DNA from: Octopus sinensis
Lineage: Eukaryota
Direction: 5' to 3'
Assembly (NCBI RefSeq): GCF_006345805.1
Contig: NC_043003.1
Location: forward strand, 4,030,001-4,094,000
Length of the DNA stretch: 64,000 bases
Made by a program: the position numbers and the translations under genes. The first letter of the stretch is position 1. Every line of letters begins with the position of its first letter. The notes under the pieces are model-generated. The model had not been told where the DNA came from. It did not search any database and saw nothing but the letters and a program-made list of their open reading frames with translations. Positions 37,735-51,263 of the stretch are shown piece after piece.

Positions 37735-39215
37735 TCACTCATCTAATGCTCTGCCATTTAAACAACAGTCTGGCTTTCAGATTAGTATTTCTGCAATATA
37801 CGTTTTTATTTTATTTTTATTTTATTTTATTTTATTTTTATTTTATTTTTATTTTTATTTTATTTTTATTTGGAAGACTCAGTGAAAGGTCAGAAATGTC
37901 ATTGTAACAAAAGCTGGTTGAGAATCAAGCAATGTCTCAGCAGATTGTTGATGGTCTGACATTGTTTGGTAGAAATAACAGAGCCTACAGTGTGTATTGT
38001 GTGGAACCAGAAACTTTGGATGGTGGAGGGGGCTGGCATAAATTAACTCTACAACCCCCACCACTGCCACCCCTTTAGTAACCTTCTACACCACCACAAC
38101 CATTGTTTTTTGTATGACAACACCTCCGCCCTCTACCACACAACACCACTGCTACTCCTATGCTTCTTACCCATCATACCCCCTCTGTGTTGCCCTTCCT
38201 ATCATGCTCCTGTCCTGACCTTCACATCATGCTCCTGTCTCACCCTACCTGGGCGAATGGAAACTGCGTGGAAACCTGTTGTGTGGGGGGTTTTTACACT
38301 GGCCGAAAAACTGATGTTGGTTGTGTTGTGTCGTGTCCGTTTATATCCCATGACTTAGCAGTTCAGTAAATAGGAACCGATAAAATAAGTACCAGACAGA
38401 ACAGAAATAGGAACTGGGGGTCGATGTGGCTGGGTAAAATCCTCACTGCTCCAGCAAGGCCGCATATTGTGGGATGGGGAGATAGCCAGTATCCCACTGG
38501 TACTTTAAAAGGACAACACTCAACCCAGCTGTGGTTTGAACTCAGCACTAAATACAACAAAACACTTTTCCCTGATGTTCTACCGAGTATCCTCTCCCTC
38601 CATACCTCTCTCCCTTTAATTATATGTTGTTGTTAGTGTTATCGTTGTTTCGCCTATACTGTAATTATTGTAATATACTTTATTGTCACAACATTGTCTG
38701 GAACCCACTTCCTGTGTCTTCAAAGGAAAGGAAAGTGACCCTCACGCTTTCTCTCTCTCTCCCCCCCCCCATCCCCGCAGCCCCCCTCCCCCTACTCTGC
38801 ACAGAAAAGTAGGAAATAAAGCTGTAACCGACACCACCACCACCACCGCCGCCGCCACTGTCATCATCTCTCTCTCTCTCTCTCTCTCTCTATTAATATG
38901 CTACTATTATTACTACTACCACCATCACCACCCCCTCCTTCGTCCACCCCCTCCTTCCATTGTCATCATGCTATTAATACACTGCTATTACACCACCACC
39001 ACCACCACCGCTGCCACCACCGCCGCCGCCGCCACCACCACCAAGCTATTTCTATTTAAGACAATTAATGACCAGTGAACAAGTGGAACTGGGCTGGCAT
39101 TCTTCAACCGTTGCCCCCCACCCCCCACCCCTCTGCCGCTGCCTGATTCTACCTCCACAAACAAACACACCTCAGATAAGTGTGGAGAGGGGGAGAGCCA
39201 GACATACACACATAC

Positions 39216-39219
<4 letters not shown>

Positions 39220-39265
<46 letters not shown>

Positions 39266-39295
39266 CACACACATACACCTCATTCAACATATACA

Positions 39296-39337
<42 letters not shown>

Positions 39338-40093
39338 TATATGGTGAGGTGTGTGTGTTGTGTGTGTGTTTGTGTATATATATATATATGTGTGTGTGTC
39401 TGTGTGTGTGGTGAAAGTATATATATATATGAGAGTGGAGACAGACCTATACATGTCTTTCTCACCATATATACCATATATGCAAACAAAATCTCATTAG
39501 TCTCTGATGTGTGTAAGAAAAGAGACCTCTCTCACTATATATATATACACACACATATATATAAAAATATATATATGTGTGTGTATATATATATATATAT
39601 TATATATATATTATATATATATAGGTGTGTATATATATATTATATATGTGTGTATATATATATATATATATGTGTGATATATATATATATATGTGTCTGT
39701 GTATATATATTATATGGGGTATATATATATATGTGTGTATATATATATATATATCTGTGTTAATTATATATATATTAGTGTGTGTATATATTATATATAT
39801 ATGTGGTATATATATATATATATGTGTTTGTATATATATATACATATATTTATATATGTGTGTATATATATATATATTGTGTGTATATATCATATATATA
39901 TATGTGTGTGTATATATTATATGTGTATAATATATATATATGTGTGTGTAATATATATATAGGTGTGTATATATATGTGTGTTGTGATGTATATATACTA
40001 TATATGTGGGTGTGTGTGTATATATATATGTGTGTGTGTGGTGTATATATATATATATGTGTGTGTGTGTAATATATATATATGTGGTGTATG

Positions 40094-40124
<31 letters not shown>

Positions 40125-40170
40125 ATATATATGCACATGTACACACCACCACACGCACATATACCTGCAC
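39220..40170. repeat. Long compound (CA)/(TA)/(TG) microsatellite tract
   Basis: Direct reading of the sequence. Confidence 0.95.
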
Positions 40171-41560
40171 AAGCATACACGGGCCTGTAATGTCACACCA
40201 CGACTACATGTTCCGGGGTGGCGGGCATGGGGATGGAGAGCCACCGTATTGTCTACAGTCTTTAGTTGTGACATTCTAACGCTATACCCCCCCACCCCAC
40301 CCCCCTCTTGCCATCAGCTGATTGCTTGCAATTGACTGCTGTAAACTACATCGACTGTAGGAAGTACCATTGCCCCCGCCCCCCCCACACACACACACAC
40401 TGTGTTGGTGGTGGTGGTGGTGGTGGAGGGTTTACAGGTAAGACACACAGACATGCACTACCAAGCAACTGCTGTAAAAGACAGACAGGTGGAAGGGAAC
40501 GAAACTCAGTGATTAGTTTGCTGGGGCCGGGAGGGGGGTGGGTGGCATAGAGAAAGACAGGCAGATAGAAGAAGGTTGAGTACTACTACTACTACTACTA
40601 CTACTCAGTCACTAGTTGGTGACAAGGGTATGGAGAAATTGACAGACAGACAGGCAGGCAGAGGTGGTTGACAACAGCTACTACTGCTGCTGCTGCTACT
40701 GCTACTACAGGCTCATTTAATTAGTCAGTGTCCACACTAATTAGGGACAACTTTAGAGAGCTGATTAGTCATTCTATTGAATGGACACTCTGAGATGATG
40801 GACTTTCTTCTTTTTCCCAATCACTTTGTTGTAGAAATTGTCACCTGTTAATTAACTGCTGTATATATATATACACACACAGTCGCATAATATACACACT
40901 GGCTTATATATATATATATATATTTTCAGATATATTCACTTGTAGCATTTGCCACTAGTTAATTAACTACCATGTATACACACATCTATATACTGAGTAT
41001 ATATATATGTATATATATAAACATGTATGCAAATACTCCTTTCATGTACATGTATGGCTAGATACACACACACACACATTCATACAACCAATCACTCAAT
41101 CACACATGCATACTGATATACACGCACATTTACACACACATCTAAACATATACACAGCCAAGTGTGTGTGTATAGACCTATCAAACCACATGTGTGTATG
41201 TGTGTGTGTTATATGCATGCATATACACATACATACATGTATGTATGTATGTATATGCCTGTATATAACAAACTATTAGTGACTGCATCGGTTGCCAAAC
41301 TCTTGCAGACTTTCAGCAGAAACCAAATTCCTTGAGGAAAACATTTAATGCCTTTAATATTCTTGTATTTCCCCTGAGGAATAATTAAGTTTTGAGAAAA
41401 TTTCTTGTTTCAGATGTAATTAACCAGCACCCTCAACTCCTCCCGCATCACCCACCCACATTGGATGCCATGCTACCGTTTCGCTTTGAATGTGAAAAAG
41501 TTTAATAATTCTTTAATGGGGTGGTGGTTGTGATGGTGGGGATTTTGTGTGTGTGTGTGT

Positions 41561-41714
41561 GTAGGCATGTGGTGAAGTAGTTTGCTTCACAGCCACTTGG
41601 TTCTCGGTTCAATCCCCATGCACAGCTGTTTGTCACGGAAATCATTCATGTCTATCTATACATACACACACACAGATTGTCAGCTTCTTTTTAAATTCAT
41701 AGGAAATAAAGTCG

Positions 41715-41752
<38 letters not shown>

Positions 41753-41974
41753 GTGTGTGTGTGTGTTTGTATATATGTTTGTCCACCCTCCCTGTTGCTT
41801 GACAACCAATGTTGGTTTGTTTATGACCCCGTAACCTAGCAGTTTAACAAAAGAGACCGATAGGATATGTACTAGTGTAAGTACAAAGTAGCAGCTCTGG
41901 GGTTGATTTCTTCAACTAAAGGCAATGCTCCAGCATGGGCGCTGTCAAATGACTGAAGCAAAAGAATAAAAGAA
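41561..41974 (+). mobile_element. Family B SINE, diverged
   Basis: Head and tail match family B. Confidence 0.7.
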
Positions 41975-42085
41975 TATATATATATATGAATGCATGCATG
42001 TATATATCGATGTGTTTGTGCACCTATTATGTGTGTGTATGTATATGTATGCACACACACACACAGCAAATGTGTGTGTGTGTGT

Positions 42086-42155
<70 letters not shown>

Positions 42156-42609
42156 AGTTCTTATTGATGTTGGTTACCAATATGTTGGGGATATTTTTTG
42201 AAGGCATTAATGTAGAGTTCATGGGAGGTTTCACTTAATCCTCTTGAAAAAAGGCATGAATGATGCCACCTCTTCGTCTTACAACACTTGCCCCCTCCCC
42301 AGCTCCACAACACCTAATGTATTCTGGATCCAACTGTTCCACCCTGGGGACAGTAACAGGGATGGGGTTAGGGGATATAATTTCTAATTAATTCTCACAT
42401 TCCTCATTCTCTTTCAATTAAAGTGCTTTCCTTTTAAAAACAGTGTGTGTGTATGTATGTATATATGTATGTATGTATGTATGTATATATGTATCTGGGT
42501 GTGTATATGTATTTTAACGCACTGTATGTGCATGTCTGTTTCTAATTCTGGCATAAATTGGGTACATACAAACACGTATGCATATCTGTGTGTCTTTCTT
42601 TTTTTCTCT

Positions 42610-42676
<67 letters not shown>

Positions 42677-42867
42677 AGTAATCCTCCCAAAAAATACCAC
42701 ATGAGGGCGTGGTACATGCAAAGTATTAGCAGACACTCAGGGAAGGAAAGAAAGGTAGTTTTACATTTCGAGCAGTGCTCTTCTTCAGGAACAAGAGACA
42801 GAGGAAAGTCCAAGAGAAAAGGAAGATGGATGAAAGAAATCACCAACGATCCATGTGGTTATATATA

Positions 42868-42907
<40 letters not shown>

Positions 42908-43261
42908 GGTGCAGAACAATTGTTAAATGTATTGGTCCCAACCTGGTGCCACTCTTTATGTCCTCACCCCACCCTGGTGCCATCAGCTATGTCCTCAATA
43001 TTCTCAGAACTTTCATTAATGGCCACTATAAATTACCCTCTTACCTTCGTTATTTCTATTTATTTTTCTCTCATTAGGCTGCACTCCAAACCCATCATCA
43101 TCATCACTATTATTATTATTATATCTACATTGTTCTGTTATTACTTTGCCCCTCCACCCCCATCACCGACATGGCAACCACTATTGAAACCACCCCACTT
43201 CCATCACCATGGCCCCCCTATCACCATCTTCACCACCACCACCACCACTATCAGTCAGGTA

Positions 43262-43608
43262 AAACTGGTCAGTTGGTCATCTAAAAAACTAAACTCTCCG
43301 TCAGTTACGATGACGAGGGTTCCAGTTGATGCGATCAGTGGAACAGCCTGCTCGTGAGATTAACGTGCAAGTGGCTGAGCACTCCACAGACACGTGTGCC
43401 CTTAATGTAGTTTTGGGGTAGATTCAGTGTAACACAGAATGTGACAAGACTAGCCCATTGAATTATGGGTAAAACCCTTTTTTGCCATCTGAGTGGACTG
43501 GAGCAACGTGAAATAAAGTGTCTTGCCCAAGGAGACAATGTGCCACTGGGAATTGAACTCACAACTTTAGGATCGCAAGCCAAATACTCTAACCACTCAG
43601 CCACAGGC
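43262..43608 (-). mobile_element. tRNA-derived SINE (same head type as 11480-11750)
   Basis: The - strand reads TGGCTGAGTGGTTAGAG (A box) and GAGTTCAATTCCC (B box), then TTGGGCAAGACACTTTATTTCAC. Confidence 0.75.
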
Positions 43609-43888
43609 CTTCACAGTTGGTCATCTTTTATAGTTACAATGTTTACTCCCTTCAAACATTGTGTTACTCTTTCACTGGCTCCTTCCTCTTCAGTGCTCCC
43701 TCATCAATACTTCTCCTTTCCCAATACATGCTACTGCCACCCATCCTACTCCCTTTCATTAGGGTCGATCATCCTTCCCCCCACAATTGATCCCACTGGA
43801 ATCCATCTTCTTATACATCAGCAAAGTCCATATCATGAGTCAGGGAGGACAAAGAGGCAGTGGTCCTATTTTCATGAAACAACAACAC

Positions 43889-43902
43889 GTTGCTATGGCA
43901 AC
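43889..43902. promoter_or_regulatory. RFX X-box-like palindrome GTTGCTATGGCAAC
   Basis: Fits the X-box consensus GTNRCC/T-AT-RGYAAC and lies in unique, non-repeat sequence. Confidence 0.5.
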
Positions 43903-44057
43903 ATAGCTGTTGCAGACTCCCCACCGCCACCACCATCACCACACGCTCCCTGTTTCCACTTGTAACCAAGGACAACAATGAGTGTCCATGCCATTTCTGG
44001 GCACACCCAGTGACATCATTGTTTGTCCTCTCTCTCAACCCTTTCATATATGTGTAT

Positions 44058-44089
<32 letters not shown>

Positions 44090-44300
44090 TGTCTATTTCA
44101 GCCAGTTGCTATTCTCTCTCTCTCTCCCTCCTTACATTGACATAATTATTAATTAGCTACATACATCATCAGTGGTTGACTCAGTTAATTAGTCTGTACT
44201 ATTCTACTTTCACATCTACTTTCCACTCGCAATCACCCATTATAATGGGTGTATACATAAATATATAAACATGCATACATATCTATATCTAGTCATATGC

Positions 44301-44332
<32 letters not shown>

Positions 44333-44443
44333 TACATATATACATGCATACATAGATGTATATATGCATAAATACACACATATTTACGCATATACATACA
44401 CACACATATATATATATACACACATATACATACACACATATAT

Positions 44444-44474
<31 letters not shown>

Positions 44475-46550
44475 TACGTATATATATATATATACATATA
44501 TTACTTTTATTCTCTTATTTCCCCTTTATACTTCTTATTTCCATCCTTTTCCAAAATAGCTCCTTTTATTGAACTCTAATATTTCCCTCTACTTCAGCAT
44601 CTCACATCGTCTCTGATGAAGAGACATCCCTAATACCCCAGAAACAACTGTAAGGCTAACTTTCTCTTTATAAACATCCTGAACATTCCACACACCCTTG
44701 GCTTTGTTGTCTCTTTTTATTTAACATACAAGACTCGCATTAGATTCCTCACTTGTATCATTATCGAACTGAGAGTTTAACTATGGTCCTGGCCCTTACA
44801 TAGCACTTACATAGCCTTACCTGCTACCTTGGGTCTTCTGGATACCAATATCCCCCATATATATATATATATATATAGGCACAGGCACGGCAAGAAGTTT
44901 ACTTGCCAGTCACATGGTTGCAGGTTCAGTCCCACTGTATGGCATCTTAGACAAGGTGTCTTCTTTTACAGTCTTGGGTTGACCAAAACCTTGTTAGTAG
45001 ATTTAGTAGATGGAAACTGCAAGAAGCCCATCATATGTCATCATCGTTTAATGTCCCCCTTCCATACTGGTTTGGGCTGGATGGTTTGGCTGGAGCTAAC
45101 CAGTCGGAAGACTTGCACCAGACTTCTGTGTGTCTTTTTTGACACGGTTTTTTTCAACTGGATGCCCTTCCTAACACCGACCACCCTGCAGAGTGGATGT
45201 AAGATAGAAGTAGTGCTGGGATTGGAGAGAGAGAAGGAAAAAAAAGGTGGTGGGGTTGATTTGGTCAACTAAGAATTCTTCAAGATTGTGTCCCAGCATG
45301 GCCGCAACCCAATGACTGCAGCGAGTAAAAGACACACACACACACACACATTTATATAAGTAACTATATAACTATATGAGTGTCTATGTATCTAGGTTAA
45401 TATGTAAATACATAATATCCTAACAATGATACAAAGAGAAGTTAGTAACGCAGGCATGGTTCCTTTCTTTATTTATAGACAGATCCATAAAAAGTCTTTG
45501 AATGTTCCTAAGGAAAAATATTTCATTTTTCTTTGCTTTTTTTTTTTGCTTTTTTATTGTGGTGTTGTCAAAAACTGGGGACTCTCATAACACACACACA
45601 TATTTATGTACACACACACACATACACACACAATGCAAGAATTGAATCTGATATGCAAGAATGCCAGAAGGAAGAACACCAGAGTGGAAGGTTTTCTCTT
45701 TCCCTGCAAAAAAAAAAAAAAAGCCTGTTAGACACATTTAAGTAGATGGGGTGTGTGGGAGTGGGCGTGGGTGGGGGCTGATAACAACAGTGCTAATGTA
45801 CTTCTCTTTCCTCCCCACTCTATACCCCCCCCCCCCGTCTTCTCTATTCTTCTGTTGCTGCTGGCAACTATTTTGATGAAAGGTGGGCAGCAAAATAAAT
45901 ACAGCCTGGTCAAAGACAGCAATAGGTACCCACCACCACTACCACCAGCGCTACCATGGTTGGTGGGTGGTTGTGGGGAGGAGGAAAAGGTATGGGTGGC
46001 AGCGGTGGGGTGGGGGTGTAGGTTAAATAAATAAATTAATAAACAAGAAAAGGGGAGAAAGTTTACAAGATATTGAGATTTCAAAGGATGATAAAGAGGT
46101 AAATGGGAAAACGTGTGTGTGTGTGTGTGTGTGTGTATCATCAGCATCATCGTTATAGAAAGAAAAAGAGAGAGAGAGAGAGAGAGCAAGCTGTGTGTGT
46201 GTGTGTGTGTTAGTCATCAGTTGTTTTTCTTGGTGTTTCTGTTTTGTCCATCGGATGACCCGGTCACCACGGTGTCCATCTGCTCAGACACACCCCAACA
46301 ACAACTGCGGATCCCGGACTCCTTTGACGTGGTGGAGGTGGACTGAGTCCGTGTTACTGTGCCACCATGACCACCACCACCACCACTACTACTTGGGACA
46401 GTGTTCCCCATGGAGAGCTCTGAACTGTTTGCCCCCACCTTGTATCCAATTTAACTCCCCTTTTACATGACCAAGTGTCATACATGTGTGTGTGTGTGTG
46501 TAAAAAATGTATGTAATTATGTCTATTATTCAGTGTGTGTGTCTATATAT

Positions 46551-46581
<31 letters not shown>

Positions 46582-46769
46582 ATGTATGTATATATATATA
46601 TGTCTATTATTCAGTGTGTTAGTCCCTCTCTTTCTCCACCCCCCTCCATCACTTATCTTGGCGGAGGGTGTGTGTGGAGGGAAATTATAAACAAACCTTA
46701 ATGGTATTTGCTATAACTTTATTCTTTTTGTGTGTGTGTGCATAAGCACAGGTGTGTGTGTTTGTGTGC

Positions 46770-46816
<47 letters not shown>

Positions 46817-48634
46817 TGCAAATGTATATGTGTACATAAACATAGAACCACACACACATATGCAAAAGTTCTTAGTTGCATGTTGTTTATTTGTGAAGCA
46901 CTGCTCTCTCTCTCTCTCTCTCTTCTGCCCCACTCCGTGCCCACGACTACCCCCCACCCCACCCTTCATCTGCCCTACCTAACCCTAAGGATATTTCGAC
47001 TTGATGCTATTTCTTTGAGTCACATGATGTACCTTCTGCTATCTTAGCTCGCCCTATTGTATTGGTTGTCCTTATCACCACAACAACATCGTCATCATCA
47101 TCATCATCGTTGCCGTTATTCCACATTAGTTTTGGCATCAGATCTCCCTGCTATGTGTGTGGCAGCAATAACTTCTTTTGTTCTTACAAATCTACCAAAG
47201 TCTTTCCTTTTTGTCTTGTGTTCTTTCTTTCTTTCTTTCCACTTTGTTTGGTTTTTCTCGCGATTGCTAGAAGTCTTTTCCACGTATATTTGTTCTGGCT
47301 TTTAGCGTCAGTGCCAGCCAGCAGCTATACCAGAATATTCGTTTCGGTGTATATGAAGTATGAGAGATTATATTTCTGTTCAATCAATGGGAGAGGATGG
47401 GAATTCCTGCAGACCTCTCCACGGCAGAAACCAATATTGGAATATGTCCGGTGGCAATTAAAATTATTTGGTAAACTGACAGAGCAGCGCTGAGTTCTGT
47501 AGAAACTCAATGTAAGAGTTTCTAGTAAGGCATTCACAGAAAGGGTGAGGAATTGTGTAGATAAATCCAGTTTTTATTGCTTTGGAATTGTAATGTCTAC
47601 AAGTGACTCCCTAGTTTATAACTGGTATGGTACATGAGTTAAAGCCCAGGTCAACTCTAATCTCATTGACTTCTGATCAAACATCTTTAATGACCATCCA
47701 ATCTGTATTTTCCAATGTTGTGTTGCTGCTGTTGTTAAGCTCCAAATTAACCGGTGTTCCAGTTATGACCATCATGCATATTTTTTCTCACATAATGTCT
47801 CTCGGACTCCTTTATCTAATATGGCCTTCCTTTTACAAACTTGTATGATGTGGAACTATCACTGCTATTTCTGGCAGATTGCAGGACTGCCTAGCTGTTC
47901 CTTTACCAACTCAACTAAATGATTCAGATTAGACAAGGATTATTGTAAAAGGGATCCATCTCTTGTTTGATTTAAGGTGTTTCTAAAGTTGATATCATTA
48001 CAGACACCTGACTAGACAGGTGATATATCACGATATCTTCATAGGTGATATCTCAGGGGAGATAACATGAGAAACTAATGATAGCTTTTAATTCCTTAGA
48101 CGTCACATCTTAATAATGATATCCGTGTGTTTAAACTCTGTGTGTGTGTGTGTGTTTGTTTTTATGTTCAGTTATAATAAAAACAATTTTGCATTAATCT
48201 GAAGTGTTACTCTGTACTTTTGTAGAGTACAAATTTATTATTCTTAGACAAGTACGTTGTTGACAGTGACTTCAAAGTTTCAACTAGTTAAGAATAATAA
48301 ATACACACGCTCGTACATACATGAACCTGTGTGTGTTTAACCATTGACTGTGTATGTGTATGTGAAACTCTTTTCCTCTCTCTCTCTGTTTTGAGAAAAA
48401 TTGATCTTGGCAAAATCCCCAAAACAGAACATCACCAGTCACAACTAAATACCATTTTATGTACATCAAGTGTTTACTTTTATCTCTTGTGTGTGTGTGT
48501 GTGTGTGTGTTTAATGAATCTGTTATTCATTATATGTATGTGTGTGTGTATGCATATCTGTCTTATACGTAATATTGGTACATGTCATACATAGTCAATG
48601 TTTATACACACACACACACACACACACACATATG

Positions 48635-49002
48635 TAGGCACGCAGCCTTGACTATGTAGTCAAGAAGTTTGTTTCCCAACCAAGGCCTTCAGAGCGGATT
48701 TGCTAAACAGAAACTAAAAGAAGCCTACAGAGAGTGTGTGTGTGTGTGCATTTCGTTGCCTTGACATAGCATGATAGTAATAATAATAATAAATAATCAT
48801 CACGATGCAAATGGTGTAGTTTCTTTCCAGTCTCTGGTGATGCTATGTCTGACCATGGGAGGGGGGGACATTACTTTGCCTAGAAACAGGTGAGGGTTGG
48901 TGACAGGAAGGGCATCTTGCTGTAGAACCTCTGCCTGCCCCAATAAAACTCATCTGACCCATGCAAGCATGGAAACATGGACGTTAAATGATGATGATGA
49001 TG
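48635..49002 (+). mobile_element. SINE with family B head and RTE-like tail, about 100 nt upstream of the 49106 exon
   Basis: Tail GGAAGGGCATC..GCTGTAGAACC..GACCCATGCAAGCATGGAAACATGGACGTTAAATGATGATG. Confidence 0.75.
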
Positions 49003-49105
49003 TACACACAGTGAATGTGTGTGTCTATATATATGTAATTTATATGCATTCAATGTATATGTGTGTGTATATACTATACGTTTTTTTTTTGTTCTTGTAT
49101 TGCAG

Positions 49106-49234
49106 TGGATGCCTGTGAACAACAGCAGGAGAATAATGGTCAACAGGCAGCAGTTGAGGCACTCATCAGCCTGGATTCTCCAACAGCAACCTATGATAAC
49201 AAATGTCTACCATTTGTAATTCCTCCACATTCAG
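49106..49234 (+). CDS. E74/ELF: E74/ELF ETS factor, internal coding exon (first one traceable), (V)DACEQQQENNGQQAAVEALISLDSPTATYDNKCLPFVIPPHS
   Basis: Acceptor ttgtattgcag, donor TCAG|gtaag, 129 nt, phase 1-1, open frame. AAVEALISLDSP resembles the vertebrate ELF1/2 motif EAAEALL.M.SP. Confidence 0.85.
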
Positions 49235-49306
49235 GTAAGAAGAGACTCTCATACGTTGCGCACTACACACACACACACACACATGCACACACACACACAC
49301 ACATAC

Positions 49307-49372
<66 letters not shown>

Positions 49373-49433
49373 TGTGTAATTTCTGCATCACAACTTATGC
49401 AGAGATTACACAACATATTTTACAGACACATAC

Positions 49434-49470
<37 letters not shown>

Positions 49471-49471
49471 G

Positions 49472-49777
49472 GAAAAAATTCGTTATAGGTATAAAGATAC
49501 CATAAACAAGTATAAAAATGGAGAAAATATGTTAAAATCAAAATCGAATTCAATAAATACACACGTTTCAAAATACAATATTTAAGAAAAAATAATTATT
49601 ATTATTATTATTAAAATGTATAACTTTAATTATAATTATTATTATTATAATTTTTTCTTAAATATTCGTATTGTCTTTTGAAACGTGTGTATGTATTGAA
49701 TTCGATTTTGATTTTAACATATTTTCTCCACTTTTATACCTGTTCATGGTATATTTATTCCTTTAACGAATTTTTTC
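49472..49777. repeat. AT-rich foldback element with about 120-bp inverted arms around an (ATT)n spacer
   Basis: GAAAAAATTCGTTA..GGAGAAAATATGTTAAAATCAAAATCGAATTCAATA..ACACGTTTCAAAA is mirrored downstream. Confidence 0.85.
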
Positions 49778-50029
49778 TATTGTTATTTTCATATTCTTAA
49801 TACTTGCTCTGGCTGATTTTTTATGAATATGATGAATTTTTTTATTGGAAATTATGTTTTCTCTCTTTTTGGATCCTTCAAAAAGTTTGAATTGTTCTTT
49901 TTGAACTTATTTTTTGTCATATATATATAAATAAAACACCACACAAATTGCAACATACTTTGGCAACACAATGCATTCTAACAACCTAATCTTTACTTGG
50001 TCAAACTGGTTTGCTAGACACAACAGTCA

Positions 50030-50640
50030 AATCTCTGATAAGATTGATGCCATTAATGTTTTATTTGAGCTGTTGTTGATCAACATCTGCAAGAAAGACA
50101 TGAACGGCAAGGGGTGGAGGGTTTCAGAGGGTCAGTGTACTGGGGTGGAAGGAGTGGGGCTAATGGTGAGTGCAGTGTCTAGCAGTAGAGTCAGACACAA
50201 CAGGGATGATGAGAAGTGACGGAAAAAAGGTTCAGGAGTGTTTGAGTGGTGGCAGTATAAAATCACACAGCTCCGCTGAACAGAGGCCATTCTAGTAGTA
50301 GTAGAAAAAACTGAGAGTGGACACAGCACTCCTGTGTACCAAAGGGTGGAATTTGTTCAATTACTAACTGTCACTCAATCAAGTGGCCCTTCTCTGGATG
50401 CATTCCAGGATATTCGTGTGCCTAATGACAGTAGTACTGACCCAGATGTTGGAGCAGAATTACACCATGGGCCCCACTGCAGCCTTGTAAGAATGTCAGT
50501 AACTGTTTGGGGGGTGGGAATGAAATATTGTCTGAGATGTGGTCCCTACTACGTTAAGGATTTGCTTTTGCCAAGAGAATTCCTTGCTGGTACTGAGGCC
50601 TGGCATTTGGGGTGCCTGTGATGGTTCTGTCTGCATAGTG
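50030..50640 (-). mobile_element. Decayed CR1/L2/Jockey-like LINE 3' fragment
   Basis: The - strand reads AVSTLSFFYYY*NGLCSAELCDFILPPL (about 50240-50330), resembling the LSLFYRYY.G.CS.EL C-terminal motif. It carries many stops. Confidence 0.5.
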
Positions 50641-50657
50641 CTCATGTTTAGGGATAT

Positions 50658-50918
50658 ATCATCATCATCGTTGTTTAATGTCCGCTTTCCATGCTGGCAT
50701 GGGTTGGATGGTTTGACTGATGAGGGCTGGCAAGCCAGAAGGTTGCACTAGGCTCCAGTCTGATCTGGTAGTGTTTCTACAGCTGGATGCCCTTCCTAAC
50801 ACCAATCACTCCGAGAGTGTAGTGGGTGCTTTTTACATGCCACCGGGACGAGGGGCGGTACTGGCATCGACATGCTCAAATGGTGCTTTTTACATGCCAC
50901 CGGCACGGGGAGCCAGTT
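50658..50918 (-). mobile_element. RTE-type 3' end repeat
   Basis: Matches 5701-5900; inverted partner of 53934-54146. Confidence 0.85.
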
Positions 50919-51263
50919 AGATGATGCTTTAATTATAAATATACATCTTTCATGCTGTATATGTGAATTAAAATATCTATGTGGATGTTTTTATCTGCAT
51001 TAAAGATAGGGCAATTATATAACTTTCATTTATATCCTTGCTTATGTGTTTGTACTTTAAATATTGTAAATATATACACTTGAAATCATACTCACTCTAC
51101 ATACAGTTTGTTAATGTATATGTACATATTCTTGTTTTTGCTCATTCATCACACACACATTTTATACATGCATTAATGAGAGGGTGAAAGTTTGTTAATG
51201 TGTATATATATACACACGTATATACACTATTAATATTCTGTTTGTGTGTTGTTCTTGATCCAG

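Noticed and set aside
39600-40295. 231-aa Tyr/Ile/His/Thr ORF and similar overlapping ORFs
   Set aside because: Dinucleotide microsatellite translation.
42701-43357. 218-aa ORF
   Set aside because: It runs through (GT)n, (ATC)n, (ACC)n and into a SINE, so it is a chance open frame.
50717-50745. CTGATGAGGGCTGGC..GCCAG hairpin
   Set aside because: It lacks GAAA and the cleavage-site geometry, and lies inside an RTE-tail repeat whose other copies lack the motif.
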